Shown piece by piece: positions 12,401 through 24,500 of a stretch of DNA of 64,000 bases (position 1 is the first letter of the stretch; each line of letters starts with the position of its first letter). Under the pieces are notes generated by a model. It did no database searches and was not told where the DNA came from. It saw nothing but the letters and a program-made list of their open reading frames with translations. This DNA is from Tubiluchus corallicola (Eukaryota; Animalia; Priapulida). Made by a program: the position numbers and the translations under genes. Location of the stretch: NCBI GenBank assembly GCA_030141605.1, contig JAQGDQ010000030.1:62001-126000 (forward strand), read 5' to 3'.

Positions 12401-15400
12401 GCGGGATGTATACTGTCGTTAGTATGAGTGACGATATTTCCCTCGGCAGGTAAAAGGGGCGACACTTGACAGAAATTGTCTCCAGCTCAGGAGTGCATGT
12501 TTTTGAGAGAACCTTAATGTTAGCACACCAGGAGTGTACTAATCCTGGGGTGTTATAGCTTGATCGGGCACTGTAGAATCTAGCCAAGTTTCTGTGAATA
12601 CTACAAATGCAGCAGTTACTAAAATCTTGTTGTTTGTGCATGTAACACAACAGTTCTTCCATTTTGTTGCGAAGAGAACGAACATTCATTAAATTCTCCT
12701 CGCCTACCTCATTTCCATTGTTGTTGAACAGCCGAATGGATATGCCTCTGTTCGGGATCTGTGATGAATTTGTTTATCAGATTTAATTTCTTATTTGGCA
12801 CGTCATGTCACTACATATATCTCTGATGCGAAACAAATCTTCTTGATCATAAATGTAAGTATGTGATGATTGCACAATAATTAATGATGACAAAGTGAAG
12901 AAAATTGAGCGTGTAAAACCAAGTCGCCATACACAGGCGCCATCTTGTAAAAAAATGCTCATTAGTTTTGTTTTACATTATTGTAATGTTAGACTTGCTA
13001 CAGTTTTGTTTTTTAATTGTAGGTAAAAGAACAAGATGGTGATTACCTAACAGCTGTCGCCCTCTACCTGAAAGCAGGGTTGCCAGCAAGAGCTGCTAGG
13101 CTTGCCACTTCACACCGTGATTTGATGGGAAATGCAGAAGTAATACAGCGCATTGCTGCAGCACTTATTAAAGCTGACATGTTCGAACAAGTGCGTATTT
13201 GTTCTTGTAACAAGTACTACATTTTTTTTTTTTTTTTTTCTTAACATAAATGTATTTTCTTGACCTAAATAATGCTATCTTCAAACATGTCCTGTATGTG
13301 AAATTAGAATAAGAGACTTATTGTCTAGCATTCGGCTTCGAACATACTTATAAAAAAAGTTTGAATAACTGTTGACCACTTTCTATGCCCTGTGTACATT
13401 AAAGACAAGTCAAATAGTCCCTGATCTCAGATGTTAGCTGGCTCATTAAGCGTGAACATAATGTAGTAAGGCAAGAATTTGCTAACCAATAGCAGTGGTG
13501 GCTCATAATTAAAATTAGTGGGGTGCTGCTTCTGAAAATTTTTAGCCATTGTTTTAATATTGTGTAAAAAGAAAATTTAGTCAAAAAGAAACACTACTTC
13601 ACACTTGCTCAACAGGGTCAGCACTGCGTGAGCAACAGTGGTTCCTCTACCTAACTTAGAGCTTCTTATTTTGGACCATGTGCGCATGGTCGTACAGTTC
13701 TGTGCAAGGATTTTTGTAACTTTTTAATGAACTAGGGAATGGCTACTGACATTAAGCTTAGGGATAATATACAAGTATAAAGAAAGAATTTAAAAAAAGA
13801 CTAATTATGTTGAATGTTATCAATAATATCGAGTGAAAATAAGGGGTAACTGCAGTTCTGCAGTACCTACACACAAGCCGCCACTGACCAAAAGGATTTT
13901 TTATGTTTGCAGGCTGGTGATTTATTTGAGAAGATTAACAATGCCGACCGTGCCCTGGAATGTTATCGTCGTGGCAACGCTTTTCGTCGCGCTGTTGAAC
14001 TGGCACGTATTCACTATCCCAGTGACGTGGTAAAGTTGGAGGAACAGTGGGGAGATCATCTGGTTTCTCAAAAACAGCTAGATGCAGCCATTAACCACTA
14101 TATAGAAGCTGGGTGAGTGGTGTTTTGCATAAAATCAAACTGACTGACCATATTTTACAATAAATTTAAGATATAAAGGTAATTATAGATTAAATCACAT
14201 GTCAAATCTAATTTAGCCTGAATTCGTAAGCTTGTGTGGACGAAATAATTTATAAGACAAGAATAAAATCTCAAGATTGACTTATATTAGCTTGATAATT
14301 TTAAAATATTGTCAAAAGGACAACTACAGATATTATATTATTTTTTGGCTCAGTTTCTGATTCTTGTTTCTCGTATCTATACATTTGTTTAGAGCGCTAC
14401 AATCATCTTACACTTACAAAATGTAAGTTGGCAAATAGAATTTGCAATAAATTTATTTTCATCTTTTTTTATTTCTTCAAGTGCATCTATAAAGGCAATA
14501 GAATCAGCCATTAATGCCCGGCAGTGGAACAAGGCAGTGCAGATTGTTGAGCTACAAGATCCAGAGGTGGCAGCACAGTACTACTACAAGATTGGGCAGC
14601 ACTACTCATCCGTGCGCCAGTATGAAATTGCCGAGAAGTTCTTTGTTGATGCAGGGCTAACTAGTGAGGCTATTGAGATGTATAACAATGCAGGACTTTG
14701 GGAGGAGGCACATAGGGTGAGTAGCTTACATGTGCTCTACTTTGAATTTCTAAGCGTGCTTTGCAGGTTTAAGTTTTGCTCATTAAGAAGTATCCGTTTG
14801 TTTCCCTAATTATGAAAATTATCCTGCTGTGATATGTGATATATAAAAAAGAAATTTTTGAAATTTATTTTGCTTTATATTACCCCTTACATTCTGATAT
14901 AATCTTGTGTGAACCTTTTTTTACTTTGAATTGCAGCCGTGTGCATAGTTGTTTGTTTCCCTAGTTTCAAAGATTGTGATATATAAAAAAGAAATTTTTG
15001 AAATTGATTTTACTTTACCCAGAAAGCGTTTTTGCAAGATGCTGTCAGACGTTTACACCTTAACTAGTGATGTAATGTCATGTAAATCTCTTTTCTGCTT
15101 TAGATTGCAGCCATGTGTATGCGTCCGGATGAGGTAGCCGTCATGTACATCACTCAAGCACAGACCCTCGAGGAGCAAGCACGTTACAAGGAAGCAGAGA
15201 GACTGTACATAACAGTGGATGAACCTGATCTAGCCATCACCATGTACAAGAAACTGAAACAGTATGATCATATGATACGATTGGTGAAACAATTTCACCC
15301 AGACCTTCTTGATGACACACATATACATCTTGCCAAGGTATTATTACTGCTGCTGTTTTTTCGGCTATTATCACCAATGTATACAAATTGTGTCCTGTCA

Positions 15401-15519
15401 CTTTTTGTCGGCATTCATTATATGTTAGTAACACACTGCTCTCAAAAGATCCATCAACTTTATACCCTCAAGAAAATATCCAAGGCTATTCACTCTATCC
15501 ACTAGTTCCTATATATATG

Positions 15520-15559
<40 letters not shown>

Positions 15560-18500
15560 AAGTCATTACGGAAATTATAATATGTATAGGAATTGCTCAT
15601 AATATTATTGTGGTTTGAAGTTGTTGCATTGTAGTTGCTGTAGAATGATTGTCTTCGTCTTGCCAAGGAAGAGGAGTTTTTTCTGCCTAGTTTTTCTATT
15701 CAAAGTGTGAGAAATAAATGTGCATCATATAGACCTAGCCAATCATTGAAGCCTACGTGTGCTTTCATTTTAGAAGTGCGGCAGACATCTAAAAAATCTT
15801 AAAATGAGGCTGTGTTTTTTTTTGAAGTAAAGTTGGTTTAGTAAACACACGCATTAAACTATCCATATACCTGTTCACTGGAGTGTAAATCTTCGTGTGC
15901 TTTCATTCAGAGAAGCTGGTTTCATGTGTGACCCACTTAATGAGCAGAGCCATTAACAGGCTCTTGCCAGATCCATTTAAGTGGCGGAAGGCAAAAATCT
16001 GGGTCACGATTTTATGAGTCTGGGTTGAGGGCCAGGACTTTCTGTATTGTTGATTAAATCGTATCAAACACGCTCTAGACAAACTCCATCAGTGTTCTAA
16101 ATTTCAGTTTTCTAGGTGCAATAGCCAAGGCTTGTGCAAAGGCACAGACGCACTTATGTGTATGTTGCAAGCCTTTATAACTTTACAGCGTTTAAGAGGA
16201 TGCATCTTTTATACGGTTTAACACACATAAGACCGGAGCATAGCTCGCTATCAAGGATAATCCTGTAAAATGGGCTAGTGATGAAACTTAAATGTCTTAT
16301 TCACATTTAGAGATGCATAGTGCATACTATAAATTTTCATAATCATCGGTATCAATCTCTGTTTAGTGGAGCTCCAATACAGTAAAACTCATTGCCAAAT
16401 AATCCATCATAATATTGTCTGTGTTTAGCACCATGTTCAAGAATCTACATTTATCAGCACCTTTATTATTAGTGTAATTTCTATGCTTGGAATTTTGCAT
16501 CAGGGAATCCTCGCAAACATTTCCAGCACAATTAATTTTATGTTTTACGGTAGTCACTTTACACTTGATGTTCATGCAAAATTGTTAAGTTTTTGTTCAT
16601 TTTAAATGGAAAACTAGGTTTTTAATTAAATCAATAAATAATATGCCAGCAATAACAGTACAACCTTTGATAAATGATAGCAGGCACTATTTGATAGCTA
16701 TAATTGATAACTTTCACTGATTGTGAATTTTGCAAGTACATGTACTGCATTGATGCAATAAATTTCAGGAGTTGGAAGTTGAGAAACAATTCAGACAAGC
16801 AGAGCATCATTACCTAGAGGGTCACGACTGGAAATCTGCTGTCAATATGTATAGAGCCAATGACTTGTGGGATGAAGCATACAGGGTAAATTCTGAGCTG
16901 TAAAACTCATTCTGTGTTAGCCGGGAACATTCTGAATTACTATGTGAACTTAAAGCAAACATTGTTACACTAGTGTATCATAGTTCATCTGTTTTATTCT
17001 GAGTTACTATGTGAAGTTAAAAGCAAACAGTGTTTCACTAGTTGTCTTATTTCTTAAAAAAATCAACAAAAATACAACCTACAAACCACATATTCTCTCT
17101 TGTATGAGGATGGATTACTTTTGCTACTATGATTGTCCAATGATATTTTTTCTGAATTATAACTAAAGGCATTATGGCAGATGAGATTGATGAAAAACAG
17201 TTTTTATGGGAAAGCTACCTCATTCAAGAACAAAAATGTTTTTTTAATCAATGAGTCATATTAAGATTTTGTCTGCACAAGGACAAGGACTTATATACAT
17301 TCATAAACGTATTTTCTAGTAACAGTAATACAATTCTTCACTTATATTTCATAAACAGTAGCAATTTGGTCGTTTAGTCGCAACTACTGTATTTGCAAAG
17401 TAGCAAGTGCTGCTTTTGTATGCAATATGTGGGATAAGAAATTATTGGTGGCATAAATTAAAGCTTTTTGTAAAATGTTTTGTGCCAAATTAATGTTGTA
17501 AGTGTAATACTAGAACAGAATTAATAATACCGAAAAATTTGCAGAAAATGGACATAGAGATCTAATGGTTTTACAGTACTTTCCACTTTAGTGAATTTGC
17601 CCTTGCCTGTGTTAAAGGTGGCCAAGGCTCATGGTGGACCAAATGCTTCAAAGCAAGTTGCTTATTTCTGGGCAAAGCAACTTGGCGGTGACAGTGCTGT
17701 GAAGTTGTTGAATAAGTTTGGAATACTCGAGCCATCTATAGAATATGCAGCTGAAAACGGGTATGTTGGGTTTTAGCATTACCAGTTATCAATTTGTTTC
17801 TTGCGTACTTTATGTTTTTTTATTTTGAAGACCTTTTACAGTTTATAAGATGTTTTCAGAGAAGCATTTAAATTTGGAATTTATTTATTTTATATGTAGA
17901 CATTTGACACGCTTTATATATACTTTACTTATTAAATACTATGAGCAGCTTTAACTATGAGCGTCCCATAAGCTAGTAATGTTTAATTGGTGAAAATGTA
18001 ATTTAACCTTACAGGGCATTCGATTTTGCCTTTGACCTGGCAAGCATTGCAATGAAGAACAAGTTGCCAGATATTCACTTGAAGAGGGCCATATACTTGG
18101 AAGATGAAGGACAATATGCAGAGGCTGAGGCTGAATTCATTAAAGCAGGCAAGCCTAAGGAAGCCGTGTTCATGTACGTTCATATTTGTATACTCGTGCG
18201 TGTTTGTGTTGAATTTACTGTATCATAATATGCTTAGATATTTAGTGACGTGTTTGTGTTTGTCTAAGCTGTCATAGCTTACTGCTGCAGACATTGATTC
18301 CCACAGTTTCTTGAAATGAAAAGTTTCTTTCTCTACCCCAAGCAGAGTGCACAATATCCACTTTCCTAACAAGTGTGACACCGGGCACTTGTTTGTGTGG
18401 CAGTGATTTTTAATACTAACTTATTGTTTCTTATAGGCATGTGCATAATCAAGACTGGGAAGCAGCAAGAAAGGTGGCCGAACAATATGATCCGGAATCA

Positions 18501-21500
18501 GTTAATGACATTTTAGTTGGACAAGCTAGAGTGTCATTTGAGGAGAAAGATTACACGAAAGGAGAGTCGCTGTTTCTGCGTGCGCAGCATCCGGAGTTGG
18601 CAGTTAAATTCTACAGAGTAAGTATCTAGTAGTTTTCTCTGAAGCCTTTGTACCTCATGACTTCATCTGCTGAAATCAACTTGATATAGACTATATATTG
18701 AAGGGAGGCTGTATCCTTCAAGATCATTCAACATCTAGGCTATGTCAAGTTGATTTCTGCTGATGAAGTCTGTGAGGGACGAAAACTTCTGAGGAAAATA
18801 AAGAATTCTTTTGAGAATTAAAAAATTTTGTGCTTTAAAGAGAATTTTCAAAAGATGGAAATTTAACTTTTAAATCCTTAACGTTGGATCCAGAAAATCA
18901 GCAGATAAAAGAGCAGAGAAAGTTCTAACATGTGTAACAGATAAAACAGTACATGTGAGATGTCATTGTTAAATTTCTTTCCACTTCACTGTTCTTGCAA
19001 CTAACAAAATATCACATTATAAAAAAAAATAAAATGACCTCGTGCTTTTATTTTGAACAGTGCAATATTCCAAATGCTTTTGTGAAAGCAATAGCTTTTG
19101 ATAACTTACTTAATTTTTTGTGTTGAAACCTTGGGTGTTTTCTTAACCATTTTCGAAGTATTTTTTGAAAAAAACGACGGTGTCTTAGTCATTAGTGATG
19201 ATGAGCTTATTTTTGCTTTCATTTAGGCTTCTTTATTTTTTCATGTAGGATGCTGGGATGTGGTCAGATGCTCTCCGTGTCTGCAAGGAATACATACCGC
19301 ACAAACTACAGGATTTGCAGGATGAATACGATCAGTCTGTGTTGTCCCGCAGCAATCGAGGCGGTGAAACTTTGGTGCAACAAGCTCGTGAATGGGAATC
19401 CTCTGCAGAATATGTGCGCTCCATCGAATGCTACTTCAAGGTCAATAGAGATGTAACTCAGGACGAAGCATTGATGGAAAAGTGTTATATTCGGGTATGA
19501 TGATCGCTAGCTTTAGATTATTTGTGATATCAGTTTCTACAAAGGCCTAGTTTGTTTTGTGTTTTAGAATTTAATTATGGCCAAATTATTTTTCCATAGC
19601 TATGACAAAGTACTTGTACAGTACTGATTCCTTATTTGTAACATTCAAGTTCTCCAGAAGATTCTTGATATGTAATTTTTTAAAAAAAATTAGTACACAG
19701 GCCTGTAGCCTGAGCAATGCTTATACCAGAAGGCTCATAATTGTAGATTCAGTGCAACAAGTGTCAGCTGCAATCATTACAAAAAATTAATGAAATTTTC
19801 TATTATTTTGCATTATATTTTATTCTAGAAACAGCATATGGTCTGTCTATTTTGAAGGTTAGCTAATCAATGACATCATCATTACTGTGTGACTATCTTA
19901 ATTGTTGTGGTTAATGGCAAATATGCCTGTAATCACCATATTAAATTGTAAAGATTCACACTGATTTTAAGTATTTCGGGAATGTATGATGACAGATATA
20001 AACACTGCACCAGCATACAACTGAAACTTATTTTAACAGGTTTGCAGCATTTAAGTATCGTTTATTATTTGCAAACCTAGCATATTTTTATCTTGTTGTA
20101 TTGATATTAGATGCAGTTGCACTCAAAACTTTTAGCGACGATCAGTGGTGACTGATTTAAAACTCTTGGGGTCTTGTGGACCTTGAAAAAACTTTGGAAA
20201 ATATATTTGCTAGTCCGGGTATACCTTTTAAAGTCAGTTTTGGGTATTGTCTCACCTTTGCTGGTTCAGAAAGTTTATTTAAGGTCTTGTTGTGGGGCTT
20301 GTGTTGTACTTCTGTTTCATTATCTTACGTAAGAGTAGCAGATGGCAGATAATTATAAGCTATACAAAATCAATACATGAAAGAGGTAGCGGTTAGGAAT
20401 CATCATGTTTATCGAGCATAGATGATCATTTCGACTGTTACAGTCATTTTAATACTACAAATTAAGCCAAAAAGAATAATTAATACACTGACGATACTAA
20501 AATACAAAGGAATAAAATGTAATTATAGATCAATAGATTAGAATTTAAATTTCTAGAACAAATAACAGAGAAATGTAAAAAAAATACCTTATGTATGAGA
20601 TTCATTTATATATAAAAGACCATAACACAGTAAGCAGTTAGTATAAGTCTGCACAATGAAGAACCACAGCAGTAAGCATTATAAAAATAAAAAACAACTT
20701 TTACGTTTTGCACAATTTACAACAAGTGGGAAACGCAATATGGGAAACCAGCGGCATTTGAAAGTGACACAGAGACTAAAATCCACAATGACCACCATTA
20801 CAGAACCTAAAGGACAGAGTCAAACTAATTTAAAACACAGAAATTGATAGAGTGCGATTTGGTACTGACATTGTAATGACGTTGTGTGCCTTTGCATTTT
20901 AGTATCGTCAGAGTACTTAATTATTCCTTTTTTCGCTTGATTTGTAGTATTGAAAATGGTGGTAGTAGTCGAAACGCTCGTCTACATTCAGTACACAAAT
21001 TCAGCCAATTTAATACACTAATTGCGTTTCATTATTGGTTGAAGGTTGTGTTTATCCATTATGTGTCAATGTACTTTTAGGCAGCAGAATTGGGGCAAAA
21101 ATTTTTGACAGCCGATAAAGGCAGAGAAGTATCACGCCACGCTGGTCAACAACTTATTTCTATACACCAGCATCAGTCAGCGGCCAAAGTAAGCATTTTC
21201 CTGGTTATTTTAAATGCTTAGGAATTCCATCCAGTTTTCACTTTGTCTTGTTTTTGTATCAATAATGAAATTATTTGTTATTTGTTTATTTATTTAGCCA
21301 TAACAAAATAACAAAAAAAGATACAGTACAACAAATTGGTCAATGAGACTAGTACAAGGTGGAAAGATCAACGCATGACTTTTAATAGCAATGACCATAT
21401 TGTACACACACATTTTATTTCGTTGTGCAGAATTGGATATTTAATAGTTGGTATTTTTATACTTTTATACTGAAAATTAAATGACTGGAATTCTTCAAAC

Positions 21501-24500
21501 CTATGGGAGATACAGAATGTGAATTAAGCAAAATTACATTAACAAGCATAAATTAGTGTAGTGATAATAAACCGTTATTAATTTATACACGTTACAAATT
21601 ACACACCCACTTTTTGTAAAGTCAACAAAGGCTAAGGTTGTGTTACATGCTTTTGATGTAAGATAATACAAAATATTATTTTTAAAACATATGTATGCAT
21701 ACTTTATACATATGCAGACATGCCCTTTGTACGTGATGAATGAATATATACACTACTGTACCTAATATACTTTGCCGACACGGTAACCAAACTGTTACCA
21801 AACTGCAGCAACAGTGGTCTTTATATTAATGTCATAGTATAACAGCCTGAATATAGTCAACGTGTGCTGACTAATTCCAGGTGAAAAAATTGTGTTCTTT
21901 CGTATTTTTGATTTGTAAGAGATTTTTTTAATATCAATGTTTGGTACTACTCCTATGCTATTGTTTTTATTTAGGTTTTTGTTGCTGCTGACCTGATAAA
22001 AGAAGCTGTAGATGCTTGCATGGAAGGTGAGGAATGGAATATGGCTAAGAAAATTGCAGTGGAATTGGACCCCAGGTATAGAAATGATCTTTATCATCAT
22101 TTTCTATGTTGTTGTCAGTTAATTATTATATTTCTACAAGTACAGTTTAGCTGCTGTTTTTTTCTTATATTTTTGCCAATTAAGAGTCTTGTAAAATTTG
22201 TCTTTTCTCAAAGATTGATTGTCACGTGATTTAGGTTCTTTGCACATTGTGTCATACTTTTTATGCTAATGATTGTTGCAGATGCATCTTACTTTACTTA
22301 TCTTAGGATTACTGTACATCTTATTTTTTGTATGGCTCTGAACATTTTATTTCGTTGTGCAGAATTGGATATTTAATTGTTGGTATTTTTATACTTTTGT
22401 GAAAACTTAATAACCGGAATTCTTCAAAGTTTGACAGATTTTACAGATATACTAGTGTTTTGCTTGTTTAGTATCTTTTTTTCATATGGTAACTATTTGT
22501 TATATAATAACGATGCATTGGCGGCATCATTTATGTGATTGCAAACTACATACTATTACTTTACCATTTAATTACAAACAGTCATAGCTTTGAGGGATAG
22601 TTTGTACTTGTCCAACCAAATATGTCTTCACGTGACATTTTTTGTATACTAGTTTTGTGCTCTATCTTTTCCTTGAAATACAATGATGTGAAAACTATTG
22701 ATTTTCCCTTTCATGCCACCAATCTGCTACATTATGTATATGCATTCATCAAGTTAGTTTCTTCAGTCATTTTTTTTTTTTTGAGTTACGAGCTTATGAA
22801 ACATTTGAGAGTCAAAGATTCGTTATTATCATAAATATCATGAAATTCTTGTTCTAGACTTGAAGAATACGTAGACGATCGTTATAAACAGTTCCTGCGC
22901 AATGAAGGTAAAGCGGATCAGCTTGCTGGCGTTGATGTTATAGCGGCGCTGGACATGTACGTGGAAAGAGGGGAATGGGAGAAATGTATTGAAGTTGCTG
23001 CGCAACAAGTGAGTACAGTGTTTTTTTTTGCTAGTGTAGGAATTTATAGGCATTTTTGTACAGCTGTTTTGACAGGTTCTGTTACATTTTATGATGGTAG
23101 GGAAAAAAGAGAGTAATGAAATTTTCCAATATGTTTCATGTGCCTCAAGGCATGGATTAAATTAAAATATTCTAATTAATAAATTATTAGCCTTCTGTGA
23201 CTTTTCTTTTGTTTGGTTATTACCACCACATGCTGTCAAACTTGTTTAATTCTAGAGTTTCAGTGTTTCTTGTTTACCTACTTTTATTTAATGCTTTGCA
23301 ACAATTAAAACTGCCAACAAAAGACAAACTGAAATGTTTCGGTTATCCCAGCCTAGGTTTATATTCACTTAGTTTATAATGAAGGATATTCTACTACAAT
23401 GTCTGACTTCATTAAATGTTTAAATTGTTAAAATTTAAAAATACTTAAAAATAGAAACAAAAATTATTTGTCAATTGTCTTGAGCATGTGCTGGGACAGA
23501 ATTCTGAGCAATTGCTTTTTTACATTTACAGAATTCCAAGGTGTTACATAAGTATGTTGCTTTGTATGCTACGGAACTAATAAAAGATAAGAATGTGGAG
23601 AGAGCATTGGATTTGTATGTTCGGTACGATGCTCCAGCTAATCCTCAGGTAAAATTACGAAGTTACAACACGTTCACATTTATGTAAGCTCTCACTTCTG
23701 CAATGTTCTTGAAGGTTCCCATTCAAATGATGCTTCAGATACAGAATATGGCTTTTGTCGCTACATGTGAGCATAAAAGTAAAACATCTACTGATTTGTT
23801 TATATTAAACTTCAGAAATGTATTTCATCAAACTAGGATTAGGTAATTAGGATTGTTTAATGAAACTACAGGAATAGTCCAACGTCAACGGCAAGCAGTG
23901 GTGATTTTTTATCTTTTTAGCAGTCAGTTTTGGGCAGATGTTACGATGATAGGTTTAGGGTAAATTCGATACTGCATATCAAATTTCCTTTGACTTATTT
24001 TTAATGTGTGGCATAATTTCAAATAGTCTGTTTAACCTAAAACAGTTGGTTTTTATGTTAGAAAGTCTGGTGGAAAAATTTTGAAATTTTTTATGTTAAA
24101 AAATTTAATCGAAAGATATTGAAATTTCTGCAAATCAGATCTTAAGCTTTTAGAATAACGTTTATTATTTTTCAAAATGATGAAGCGTTAGCATATTTGT
24201 TTTGCTTACAGAACTACAATATTTACAAGCGTATTGTGTTTGATCTACTGAATATGCCAGGCTTGGATACTGCAGATGCCTACAGAACATGGGCAGATTT
24301 ACGTGACATGCTGTACAATCTGGTTAGTAGCTAGGCAACAAATTAAATTTAATCAACACTCAATTCTTTAAGCTAAACATCTTTACAATTGAAAAAGTTG
24401 GTTATTATCATTGTCAAGTTGAAAGTGTTGCAAATTTAAGAAGAGCCACTGGAAGAGATACTTGCACTGAATATTAGTGATAACAGTAACATAATTATGA

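Noticed and set aside
16230-16280. Helitron-like 3' end (GAGCATAGCTC hairpin ... CTAG|T)
   Set aside because: The hairpin is too short and too far from CTAG, and no 5' end was found.
18182-18190. ATATTTGT as a possible U12 AT-AC donor
   Set aside because: It does not match the ATATCCT consensus, and a canonical GT-AG solution keeps the frame.
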